Under the pieces are notes generated by a model, which worked only from the letters and a program-made list of their open reading frames with translations, did no database searches and had not been told where the DNA came from. 64,000 nt of DNA. It comes from Eledone cirrhosa. Lineage: Eukaryota. The position numbers and the translations under genes were made by a program. Positions 41,742 through 53,758 of the stretch are shown here, one piece after another. The number at the start of each line of letters is the position of its first letter. Positions within the stretch are counted from its first letter, which is position 1. The DNA is taken from contig OZ024763.1 of NCBI GenBank assembly GCA_964016885.1, positions 26,350,001 to 26,414,000 on the forward strand. The letters run 5' to 3'.

Positions 41742-42345
41742 TGGCTGCCAACTCGTTTTCGAGTACGGCCACTACTTTATATCCATGTAGGAGAACCCCT
41801 ACCGATGCGCTGAACGAGTGTGACTTTTTAGTCCAGCCAGCGACTTGAAAACTCTGGTACAAACGCTACACTTGTGACAATTATTGACACATAGTGCTGG
41901 GCCCATGGTAGCATGTGACGACAAGTGCAGAGAGATCTCCAGATATAAAGCAATGCCTGTGCCGTGAAGCTTTTATAGTGAGCAAAGGCACTGCACAAAG
42001 CCAGTCCCACTCTCTTAACCAAGATGATATTTACCAAAAAGAAGAACAAGTCAACATCATTGGATACCATCAGGGTTGCAGGTGTTATATCAGAGTTTTC
42101 CTTCTCCTAGAATTCTGCCTTGACAAAGGCTAAGGGGTCATCTCTCCCGGTGATTTTGGATGGCCATTGACTCTTAAGAGCTCCTTTGCCCTTTGACAGG
42201 TTTTGTTTTTAGTCCTGCAGGATGTCCAAAGTCACCCTCCTCACCAAGAAACCTTGGTGGGGTTGCCAGTTTAGTCGCCAACGACCCGACCATGAGACAG
42301 GTTGTACTGGGATACATGTTACCAGTAGCACCAACTGGTGACCTG
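41739..42345. mobile_element. Unclassified interspersed repeat, possibly the antisense 5' region of an RTE-like element; diverged copy at 47238-47530
   Basis: Shared blocks ggctgc(c)aactcg.tttcgagta, ctttttagtcc, gaagctttt, catcattggat and gttgcagg..ttatatcagagt in the same order at both loci. Confidence 0.6.
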
Positions 42346-42438
42346 ACACAAATATATATATATACACACACATATCTATATTATATAAAATATTGAAGCC
42401 ATCAAAATGAGTGAGTGATGGGCTCGTCCATCTGCCTC

Positions 42439-42473
<35 letters not shown>

Positions 42474-43710
42474 ACAAGGAATTTACATCCTGAGAGGAGG
42501 AAACTAAATAGGTTTTACTGCTTTCAAACTCAAACATAAACACAAACTCAACAACAACAACAACAACAGATGGTTGGTTTGAGATGTTAAGACAGTGGCG
42601 GCGAAGGAGGCTGGGGCAGGGGGCGAGGGAGGACAGTGGCGCAATGTTACAGGGGAAGCGCTCCACTATGTCGGAAGGATTAACAAGCAGCTAAAAGAGC
42701 CATCAAAGATTCAAGTCACACAAAAGACAACATGCAAATTGTGAAAATACAAAAAAAAAAAAAAGATAGGTAGTGGTGGTGGTGGTAATGAAAAGGAGGG
42801 GGGGGGGACAAAAACACACACAGACACACATACAAAAAAATTAAGAAATTAAAATCCAGCCTTTTAAAGTCATGCATAATTTAATTAGATTCCTGCATAA
42901 TTAATTAGATACCTTGAAAGAAGTAACGAAATAAACATTTAACTACTTTAAAGAAGGGAAGAGGTGCAGGGAGGAGTTGGGTCTTGTAGGTGGGTTGGGC
43001 AGTGTTGAGGGATTGGGGGGGGGGTTCTGTGAGGGGTGGGAGTCTTGCTGGAGGTGGGACATTGGTGAAAGGTGGGCATTAGTGAAGGAGTGGAGCCTTG
43101 CTGAGGTCGGAGCTAGCGGGGAGGGATTGCTGAGTGACAGGGCATTGATGGAGGAGATTTTACTGAGTGATGAGGCCATGCTGTAGGGGGCGGGACATTG
43201 TTAAGGGCGTGGGGACATTAGCAAGCAGTGGGAGGGTTATGGGAGACGGAGGAGAGCAGGGAGGGATTACTGAGTGACAGGGCATTGATGGAGGGGTCTT
43301 ACTGAATGGTGAGGCCTTGTTTGGCACGGGGACAGAGTCTTGCTGGTGGTATGGGGCCCTGCTGGAGCTCATAATCAGGGAGTTAGATGACAACAGAGCC
43401 TAACCTGATTCTCACAAATACAAAAAAAAAAAACAATAAATGAAACAATAGAAAACCTCGAATGTTATGTTTCTATGGAAACAAGAAAGATTCCTTGACG
43501 AGATACTTAACGAGAACAATGATGAGAGATGAAACATTGTGTAATGGTAGAGAGATTTGGGAGAGGTTTCATAGTCAGGAGGAGAGGGATATATACAGCA
43601 GCAGAAGTCATAAGGTATATAGATATGTGTGTGTGTATATGTACATATATATACATATATATACATACATATATACATACACATATTTATACATACACAT
43701 ATCTATTCAT

Positions 43711-43758
<48 letters not shown>

Positions 43759-43787
43759 CAATAAAGATATATAAAACGTGATAGAAC

Positions 43788-43832
<45 letters not shown>

Positions 43833-44644
43833 GTATAATAAAACACCTAAGTCAGGTAGTAGTTAGTGGTCAGGTAGGTGTGGTCAGAGACATACAGTGA
43901 CATCAATTAGTTTAAAGACAAGATTACCCAGATGATTAAATGTTAATTATTTCTGCTTAATTAATCACTAACGATTCAAACTATAAACGTTAGTGACAAA
44001 CAGGAAAATGACTGCTGCTGACATTTCTAAACAACTTTCGTTTAAGAATATCACAGAATACAAAATCCAATCCTATCATGACCAAACCTCCAAAAGCAAC
44101 TAAACAAATTTCGGGCTTCTGTGATGTATTGCATACCAAAACAAAACAGCACATTTATTTCTGAAAAACTGATGAACTCGCATACAATTTGTTCAGGAAA
44201 TAATTGTTTCTACTTTAGGCACAAGGCCAGCAATTACTCCAGCACATTACTGGTACTTTATTTTATCGACCTCATAAGGATGAAAAGCAAAGCTCACCCC
44301 AACGGGATTTGCACTCAGAACATAAAGGCCATTCTGAAGATGACAATCCAACCAAAGATCTTGGAGAAAACTTTGCTGCTGTGTGTAAAGGCTGTGGTAG
44401 TCTTATACATAAAATCAAGGCCATGTTTGTGTCAAGGTCATCGTGGTGGTTTTATACACAAGATCAAAGCCATGTACCAATGTCATCACTCTAGTCTTAT
44501 ACTTAAGATCAAGGCCATATGCCTAAGTCACTATGGTAGTCATGTACCAAGGTCACCATGGCAGTTTGTAGCTCAGGTCAAGTTCAATGTGACAGTTTTC
44601 TACCTCAGGTCAAGGTCACTGTGGCAGTTTTCTACCATCTGACC

Positions 44645-44840
44645 AATGTCATCAGAGCAGTCTTGTACATGAGATCAATGTCATCAGGGCAGTCTTGTAC
44701 ATGAGATCAAGGTCATCAGGGTAGTCTTGTACATGAGATCAAGGTCATCATGGCAGTGTTGTACATGAGATCAAGGTCATCAGGGCAGTGTTGTACATGA
44801 GATCAAGGTCATCAGGGCAGTCTTGTATATGAGATCAAGG
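44645..44840. repeat. 32-bp minisatellite, about 6 copies, with decayed copies back to about 44395
   Basis: GTCATCAGGGCAGTCTTGTACATGAGATCAAG repeated. Confidence 0.9.
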
Positions 44841-45140
44841 CCCCGTGACTACTAACAATTTATATAGAGAGTAAAACCTTCTTTTTCTATTTTTATATAG
44901 TTTGAATTGTAGGCAATTTAAAATAACTGGGAAACTGAGAATAACTTTTAATCATCAATGTAATATCGTATTTAAAATAATTAAGGTTATTGGCTATAAA
45001 AGTAATTAAACAGGTCAGAGGAGGGGGAATATGTAAAAATGTTGGGGGAACAGGGAAGGGGTAAAAAATAAAATATATACAAGGAATAATAATAATAATA
45101 GTAAAAACAAAAACAAAACAAAGGTCACGTGGGGAATTAC

Positions 45141-45368
45141 CTGTATTCGTTTTTTCTTTAAAATTCTGCTGCGCATCTCATTGACTGCATATTGTGCAGT
45201 GTCCATACTGGTGAAATATATTAGTGCTCTGCCTTTGCAGCGGTCAATCACAGCATGACTAACTTCTCCATAACGACCAAACTGTTGACAGAGAAGTTTC
45301 TCGGTCACCAACTCCGACAGGTTGTCCAACCAAACACAGTTGGTCGGCATACTTTTCCCAAACCCCAA
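45141..45368 (-). CDS. spen: SPEN exon, 228 nt, RRM4 (LGFGKSMPTNCVWLDNL...KKRIQ)
   Basis: Acceptor ctcccttttag, donor CAG|GTAATT; phase 0-0. Confidence 0.95.
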
Positions 45369-45654
45369 CTAAAAGGGAGAAAGTTTGATAAAAAAAAAGA
45401 AAAGAAAAGAAAGAAAAAACAAGAATTAGAAAAGAAGATCAAAGATGTATAAAAATGACAGAAGAAAATAAACAAAATAGTTACTCTTTAAGTAATTATT
45501 CTAACACAAGGGGACCAAGACCTCTGGTGTTACACAGTAATACAGAAGATCTGACTTTCCACAGGTATAGGCCAAAGCTGAAGCATATATACAGTATGCA
45601 CTACAGCACTTCACCCTTCCATACATCTTCCATGAGGACAGGCTGAAGTATACA

Positions 45655-46490
45655 TCCAGTGAAGCCACCAGTCCACACTGTAAAGTGGTTGTGATGGTGA
45701 CAGCAAAAAAAACCCAGTCCACACTGTAAATGGTCGTGTAGAAGTCATGACAAAAAGCACCAGTCCACACTGTAAAGTGGCTGTGATGGTGCCATGACAA
45801 AAACCACTCAGTCCACACTGTAAATGGTCATGTAGAAGTCATGACAAAAAGCACCAGTCCACACTGTAAAGTGGTTGTGATGGTGCCATGACAAAAACCA
45901 CTCAGTCCACACTGTAAATGGTCATGTAGAAGTCATGACAAAAAGCACCAGTCCACACTGTAAAGTGGTTGTGATGGTGCCATGACAAAAACCACTCAGT
46001 CCACACTGTAAATGGTCATGTAGAAGTCATGACAAAAAGCACAAGTCCACACTGTAAAGTGGTTGTGATGGTGCCATGACAAAAACCACTCAGTCCACAC
46101 TGTAAATGGTCATGTAGAAGTCATGACAAAAAGCACAAGTCCACACTGTAAAGTGGTTGTGATGGTGCCATGATAAAAACCACCCAGTCCACACTGTAAA
46201 TGGTCGTGTAGAAGTCATGACAAAAAGCACCAGTCCACACTGTAAATGGTCATCTAGAAGTCATGACAAAAAGCACCAGTCCACACTGTAAATGAGCATG
46301 TGGGTATCATGATAAATAGCACCCAGTCCAGACTGTAAATGAGGTTGGCCTTAGGAAGGGCATCCAGCTGTAGAAACCAAGCCAGAATTAGTTCTGTATG
46401 AACAAGACATGGTCACCTGACCTGGCATTGCCCACAACAGGACAACTCATCTAACCCATGTTAGTGTGGAAAAATGATGATGATGATGAT
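45655..46490 (+). repeat. 94-bp dimeric tandem repeat (CAGTCCACACTGTAAA core) running into an RTE/SINE 3' tail
   Basis: Period 94 (gccatgac at 45791 and 45885); continues into GGAAGGGCATCCAGCTGTAGAAA and (GAT)n. Confidence 0.85.
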
Positions 46491-46990
46491 GGTTAGAAGG
46501 ACCCCTCAGTTTGTGTCAAAAGACATGACAAGCTCTCTTCACTCGGTATGACATAGGTGAGATATAGATCCCTTGGCCTGTCTGGCAGGTCAGTAGCCCC
46601 ACTTCAGCACTGACTTGGTCTATGTAGACCAGTCCAACCCTTGCAAGTAGGGAAAGTGGACATTAAATCATGAACTAAGCTCAATATTTCTCAGGGGTTT
46701 TCCAACCTGGAGGTCCCACAAAGATAGTACTGGAGTCGTGTGGTGTTGTGTGGTGTGGTGTGGTGTGGTGTGGTGTGGTGTGGTGTGGTGTGGTGTGGAT
46801 GGGTTATTTGTTCAACCTGGTCACAGCTGAGCTTTATAAGGAAATCAAATTTTCCTAAGAGAAACCTCAGTATTTTTTAAATTTTAATGTTTTACCAAAA
46901 TTACTTGAATATACCAACATTATTATCCTTATTATTAATGAATGTTAACGAGATTAATTAATTAATTAATAAATAGAAATGATAAAGAAC

Positions 46991-47116
46991 CTTAATTTTA
47001 TTAGCTCCTATGTGCTCCCCTTCCATTTTGCGTAATGACTTGACAACACTGGTGATATCTGCATACTGTACAAATGCATAGGCAGATACTGCACCCTGAC
47101 GTTTGATATCAATATC
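46991..47116 (-). CDS. spen: SPEN exon, 126 nt, RRM3 (DIDIKRQGAVSAYAFVQY...NKIK)
   Basis: Acceptor ttctctctctccag, weak donor AAG|GTTCTT; RNP1-like YAFVQY; phase 0-0. Confidence 0.93.
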
Positions 47117-47166
47117 CTGGAGAGAGAGAAATGAGAGAGCATTAGTTTCAAAATTGCAAATAACTC

Positions 47167-47202
<36 letters not shown>

Positions 47203-47782
47203 CACACACACATACGCATATACATAGATACTTACATGATGGCTGCAACTCGATTTCGAGTAATGCCATCACTTGATACTTAAGCATGGGCATTACGGAC
47301 GTGGCTTTTTAGTCCTGGTAGGGACTTGCCTATAACCAGCAATGTCATGCATCTCACAAAATGTCACATATCAAGCGATGCCAGTGCTTGAAGCTTTTTT
47401 AAGTGAGGAAAGGCTTTGCACGGGGCCAATCCACTCTCTGAACATCAAATGCATTTACCCAAAAAGATGAACTGATCTACATCATTGGATGCAAATGAAG
47501 TTGCAGGTTTTATATCAGAGTGAGCTTCTCATACATATAAGAGAGATGCAAATTATTGTCAATGCTCCACTGTTAAGTGGTGACAATGTTGATAGTGGTG
47601 ATGGTGACTGTGGTTATGATGCTAATGGTCGTGGTAATGATGGCAGTGATGATGATGATGATGATGGTAATGATTGTGATAATGATGATTATGACCATGA
47701 TGACAGATTGACTGACAGACTTGACAGATCAATTGACATAATTAACATAATTTCAGATGAAAGAGCAAAGCTTGAAACTTAC

Positions 47783-47931
47783 TATAATTTCCCCAAATGA
47801 CTTAAAGCGGTCCCTCAACTCTTGTGTTGTAATCTCCTTCTCCAGGTTGCCAACAAACAATGTCCGTGTGGCCTTGGGATGATACTCATCACACTCAGCC
47901 TCAGGAGGACGGAATTCATTATCTTCAACTT
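47783..47931 (-). CDS. spen: SPEN exon, 149 nt, start of RRM3 (EYHPKATRTLFVGNLEK...FGEII)
   Basis: Acceptor ttgttaccag, donor GTAAGT; RNP2 motif LFVGNL. Confidence 0.95.
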
Positions 47932-48427
47932 CTGGTAACAATACAGTTAAACAAAAGAAAAGAAAAGAAACGCTTATTAATCTCATAACCACTGGAAATC
48001 CCAACACCACATCCAACATGTACACATATATACACACATACATTATTCAGACATCATATATATATATATATATATAAAAAAACAAATAATGAAACGAAAT
48101 TAAATTTCGTTTCGTTTGTAACTCACTTTTGTATGACTGACGCTTAAACAATTAAGTTAAAAATGTACATCTACATATGCATACTGAAATACTAGTGTGT
48201 ATATGAATACACACACGTATACATATGTAGGTGTAACAAGTCTTTCACTGGTTGCTTTACTGTGAGCAACCCAGCTATTCTGTATGTAAACACACAGACA
48301 AACCGGTTTTTAGAGTCATACTGGTTTTCGGGGGAACACCTTCCCTCTATATATATATATATATATAAGAAATGGTGACCCTAACAGACCTGCTTTTTCT
48401 ACAACAAAATTTTCTCCTCTATCTTTC

Positions 48428-48477
<50 letters not shown>

Positions 48478-48487
48478 CTAATATATA

Positions 48488-48712
48488 TGTGTGCTCATGT
48501 GCAGAGATGCTACAAAATAGGGTGAAGTGAAGTGAAGACCCTTAAAGACAGAAAAGAAGTTGCCATCGGCTGCTATGGGGAATTGAACCCCATATCTCCT
48601 AGCTGGTCTGGGGGATATGGGGTTCAATTCCTCATAGCAGCTGATAATAACTTCTTTTCCAGTCTTTTAAGGGTCTTCATCCTATTTTATAGCATCTCTG
48701 TGCTTGAGCACA
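48488..48712. mobile_element. Foldback MITE, about 225-bp imperfect palindrome
   Basis: gtgtgctca..cagagatgcta..aaaatagg..gaagacccttaaa..gaaaagaagtt..gaattgaaccccatatc is mirrored on the right arm. Confidence 0.85.
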
Positions 48713-48832
48713 CTATTTTTTATATTAACTTTATATTTTCAATGCTTCAAGTCAGAGAAAGTGACTACATATCAGATATATATATATAGTAATCATTTGA
48801 TATCTCAGGTGTAGAGCCCTTGGTCCTTGTTA

Positions 48833-50007
48833 AACAAAGACCCCTAACCTACACACTCATGTGTAGTATAACTAGAGAGATTTAAATAAAGACTACTAAC
48901 CTACACCTTCATGTGTACCGTAACTAGAGAGATTTAAATAAAGACTACTAACCTACACCTTCATGTGTACCGTAACTAGAGAGATTTAAATAAAGACTAC
49001 TAACCTACACTTTCATGTGTACTGTAACTAGAGAGATTTAGATAAAGACTACTAACCTACACCTTTATGTGTACTGTAACTAGAGAGATTTAAATAAAGA
49101 CTACTAACCTACACCTTCATGTGTACCGTAACTAGAGAGATTTAAATAAAGACTACTAACCTACACCTTCATGTGTACTGTAACTAGAGAGATTTAAATA
49201 AAGACTACTAACCTACAGCTTCATGTGTACTGTAACTAGAGAGATTTAAATAAAGACTACTAACCTACACCTTCATGTGTACTGTAACTAGAGAGATTTA
49301 AATAAAGACTACTAACCTACAGCTTCATGTGTACTGTAACTAGAGAGATTTAAATAAAGACTACTAACCTACACCTTCATGTGTACCGTAACTAGAGAGA
49401 TTTAAATAAAGACTACTAACCTACACCTTCATGTGTACTGTAACTAGAGAGATTTAAATAAAGACTACTAACCTACAGCTTCATGTGTACCGTAACTAGA
49501 GAGATTTAAATAAAGACTACTAACCTACACTTTCATGTGTACTGTAACTAGAGGGATTTAAATAAAGACTACTAACCTACACCTTCATGTGTACTGTAAC
49601 TAGAGAGATTTAAATAAAGACTACTAACCTACACCTTCATGTGTACTGTAACTAGAGAGATTTAAATAAAGACCACTAACCTACACCTTCATGTGTACTG
49701 TAACTAGAGGGATTTAAATAAAGACTACTAACCTACACCTTCATGTGTACTGTAACTAGAGGGATTTAAATAAAGACTACTAACCTACACCTTCATGTGT
49801 ACTGTAACTAGAGAGATTTAAATAAAGACTACTAACCTACAGCTTCATGTGTACTGTAACTAGAGAGATTTAAATAAAGACTACTAACCTACACCTTCAT
49901 GTGTACTGTAACTAGAGAGATTTAAATAAAGACTACTAACCTACACTTTCATGTGTACCGTAACTACAGAGATTTAAATAAAGACCACTAACCTACACCT
50001 TCATGTG
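48833..50007 (-). repeat. 52-bp minisatellite containing the exon end and 5' splice site of exon 49993-50081 (23 donor copies)
   Basis: ctaacctaca occurs from 48844 to 49988, a spacing of 22 x 52; the last copy is the functional donor. Confidence 0.95.
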
Positions 50008-50081
50008 CCATAACTTTTATTTTCTTCCCAAAAAACATTTTATCTTGAGAAGCTTCCAACGCCTTTGCAGCATCCTCTGGT
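49993..50081 (-). CDS. spen: SPEN exon, 89 nt, end of RRM2 (PEDAAKALEASQDKMFFGKKIKVMAHEGV)
   Basis: Acceptor ttctgttgcag, donor TAG|GTTAGT; phase 2 to 1. Confidence 0.93.
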
Positions 50082-50190
50082 CTGCAACAGAAGAAATTAA
50101 AGAAATTTAAGACATTTTGCAAAGAATTCATTAAATATTGTGAACTTTTAATCATTTCATTTTTTTTATTTACATATGGGACAATGGTGG

Positions 50191-50222
<32 letters not shown>

Positions 50223-50532
50223 GTGGTAGTAGTGCTGAGTGATAATGATGGTAGTGGAGTGGGTAGGATAATTTTCATAATGATGATGGTAGTGGTTGAG
50301 ATGTTTTTGGTGGTGGTTGTGAAGGTGATTTTCGTGATGGTGGTAGTAGTGATGGTAAAGTTAGTGGTGGTAGTGGTTAAGACAATTGTGGAGATGGTGG
50401 TGGTTGAGATGAGAATTTCGGTGTTGGTGATAAAGATGGTGATAATTAAGATGATGATCACGAAGACAATATTAATGATGATAATTTCTAGAAATGAAAT
50501 TAAGAAAAGAATGGACATAAGAAGCTACTTAC

Positions 50533-50644
50533 TTTCTAAAACTGACCACAGAATATCGTTCTTCTCCTTGTCCTAGCACCTGGACTGAAGTTACTTTACC
50601 ATGCTTTTTATATTCATGAAAAAGCCCATCCCTTAGGCTAGTAT
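50533..50644 (-). CDS. spen: SPEN exon, 112 nt, RRM2 core (DTSLRDGLFHEYKKHGKVTSVQVLGQGEERYSVVSFRK)
   Basis: Acceptor cttttactttacag, donor GTAAGT; translated by hand; resembles vertebrate DTSLKDGLFHEFKKFGKVTSVQ. Confidence 0.95.
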
Positions 50645-50672
50645 CTGTAAAGTAAAAGAAATAATGATAATA

Positions 50673-51320
50673 ATGGTTTTGGATTTAGACACAAGGCCAC
50701 CAATCTGAAGGGGGAGAGAGGAAAGTCGGTTAAATCAACCTCAGTACATTACTGGTACATTATTTTATCGACCCCATGAGGATAAAAGGCAAAGCTAACC
50801 TTAGCGGGATTTTAACTCAGACCGCAAAGGGCCGTAACTCTATGCATCAAAGCATGGTGTCCAACATTCTACTGCCTTAATAATAATAATAATAATAATA
50901 GTTTCTACTTTTGGCACAAGGCCAGCAATTACCCAGTGCATTACTAGTACTTTATTTTATCGACCCCGTAAGGATGAAAGGCAAAGTTGACCTCGGCGGG
51001 ATTTGAACTCAGAATGGCAAGGGCCGTAACTCTATACTTCAAAGCATGGCGTCCGACCCTCTACCGATACTGCCAATTCACCACCCTATCTACTGCCTTA
51101 ATAATAATAATAATTGTTTCTACATTTGGCACAAGGCCAGCAAATACTCCAGTGTATTACTGGTACTTTATTTTATCGACCCCGTAAGGATGAAAGGCAA
51201 AGTTACTGCCTTAATAATAATAATAATGATTTTTTACTATAGGCACAAGGTCAGAAATTTGGAGGGGAAAGAAAAGTGGACCCCAGTGCATTACTGGTGC
51301 TATATTTTATTGACCCCTCC
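50673..51320 (-). mobile_element. Cluster of four tRNA-SINE copies/fragments separated by (AAT)n tails
   Basis: Repeated (g/a)cacaagg.c...atcgacccc...aaaggcaaag blocks. Confidence 0.85.
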
Positions 51321-51346
51321 ACCCAAGATTTCAAGGAGCTACTTAC

Positions 51347-51525
51347 CACTGGATCGAAGAGGTAATCCCATCACACAAATACCAAGTGGCTTCCGTTCCG
51401 TGCTCTGTGTTTCTGCCGTGGAGGATTTACTTGACATCATACTCTGACTCTCCGATTTCGAGTGTTTCTGCCCCGACACAGACACTACAGGCACTCGCCG
51501 GAGACTGCCTCGACTACTCGTTCGA
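51347..51525 (-). CDS. spen: SPEN exon, 179 nt, start of RRM2 (KPLGICVMGLPLRSS)
   Basis: Acceptor ttgttgtag, donor G|GTAAGT; phase 2 to 1. Confidence 0.92.
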
Positions 51526-51545
51526 CTACAACAAATGATATACAC

Positions 51546-51602
<57 letters not shown>

Positions 51603-51716
51603 GCACACACAACATATATATATTTATATATATATATATATATATATATACACAATATATATATATATATAATATACACACACAATATATATATATATAT
51701 ATAATATACACACACA

Positions 51717-51747
<31 letters not shown>

Positions 51748-51853
51748 ACATATATATATATATACACACACACACAACATATATATATATATATATACAC
51801 ACACAACATATATATACACACACAAAACATATATATATACATACACACAAAAC

Positions 51854-51900
<47 letters not shown>

Positions 51901-51951
51901 ACATATATATATATACACACACACAACATATATACATATATATACATACAC

Positions 51952-51989
<38 letters not shown>

Positions 51990-53625
51990 GTCTCTACTTT
52001 TGGCACAAGGCCAGCAATTACCCCGGCGGGATTTGAACTCGGACTGTAAAGGGCCTTAACTCTATGTTGCAAAGCATGACGTGCGACCCTCTACCGATAC
52101 TGCCAATCAATAGTAATAATAATAATAATAATAATAATGGTTTCTTATACAGGCACAAGGCCAGCAATTTGGGGGTCGTGAAGTCGATTAAATCAACCCG
52201 AGTACATTGATGGTACTTTTTTTTTTTTTTTTTTTTTCGACCCTGTAAGGAATGAAAGGCAAAGTTAACCTCGGCGGGATTTGTTCTCAGAATATACAAC
52301 GCCATAAACATAATAATAATGGTTTCTGTTTTATGCACAAGGCCAGCAAGTAAATCGACAGGATTTGAACTCAGAACGTAAAGGAACGTTACTATACGCC
52401 ACAGAGCATGTTGCTGGACGCGCTACCGATCCAGCCTTATACACAATGATAATAATGGTTTCTGATTTAGACACAAGGCCAACAATTTAGAGAAGGGGGA
52501 AAAGTCGATTAATTCAATCAGAGCATTACTGGTACTCTATTTTATCGATACTGTAATGATCAAAGGCAAAACTAACATCAGCTAGATTCGAACTTAGAAC
52601 GTAACGTAAAGGAACGTAAGTAAATGCAGCAAAACATGTTGTCTGACGCTCTACCGATTCTGCCAAGCTACAGCCTTTATGTACACAATAGTAATACGCC
52701 ATCGTTACTTTTGTTATGTTCATTATAACAAGAATAACAAAACAAAAGAATTAAATACACGGGAGATTACTCTACTAAAGGGGGAAATAACTAGCTGTCT
52801 CTGATTACCTCCCCTGAAGGCAAGGGAGATAACTATTCAAATTGAAAATTTTTGTTTTTATTTCGAATTATTTATAATAATTATTTTCTAAATGAATGAA
52901 TGAATGAATGAATTAATTAATTAATTAATTAGTAAGTTATTACAACAGGAGTTTTAACAAACGAACAGTTTCGATAAACGTTCGTTTTGCTTTTCTGTTG
53001 ATGTCCACGAACCATTTATAATTGGTTCATAATAAAGCAGAATTTCTGTCTTACAACATGGTCGCTTATTCTGAACAAACAGGATATATACAGTAAGGGG
53101 ACAGAGAACCCTGGGTTAAAGAGAGAGAGGGAGAGAGAGAAAGAGTGGAGAAATAAGAGGGAAAAGATTGAGTTTTATACATGTTTAATAATTATTTCGA
53201 ATTTGATTTCAAATTTAGACACAAAGCCAACAATTTGTGGAGAGGTAGGAAAGTCAATTATATGGACCTCAGTACATTACTGGTACTTTATTTCATCGAC
53301 TTCGAAAGAATGAAAGGCCAAGTTGACCTCAGTAGAATTTTTTTTTAAACTCAGACGGTAGTAAAGAGCTGGAACGAATACTGCCAAGCATTTTGTCTGA
53401 CGCTCTAATGACTTTCCTAATTTCCTTCGACCTTACAGTTTCAAATTTAAGATCAAGGCCTGCAATTTCGAGGGAAAGGCTAGGGAAAGTCGATTGCCTT
53501 TACCCCAGTACATAACTGGTATTTTACTTTTAGCGACCTTTGAAGGAAGAAAAGCAAAGTTAACCTTGTGGAATTTTTTTAACACAGAGCCTGCCCAGAA
53601 TTTTGTCCAACAACTCTGCCAACCT
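51990..53625 (-). mobile_element. Cluster of about six tRNA-SINE copies/fragments with unique spacer DNA
   Basis: Same diagnostic blocks near 52000, 52150, 52335, 52470, 53220 and 53455. Confidence 0.75.
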
Positions 53626-53758
53626 CTATCGACCTAATTAAACGTTTAATTAATTAGTATAATTAAACCAATCAAGTAATTACTGACTGCCAACCTCTAT
53701 CGACCTAATTAAACGTTTAATTAATTAGTATAATTAAACCAATCAAGTAATTACTGAC
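53616..53758 (-). repeat. 71-bp tandem duplication of the intron start, including the donor GTCAGT
   Basis: ctgccaacctctatcgacc...gtaattactgac at 53616 and 53687. Confidence 0.93.

Noticed and set aside
48833-50007. CRISPR-like regular repeats (also 2590-11794 and 45655-46340)
   Set aside because: No unique spacers, no cas genes, and a eukaryotic intron context.
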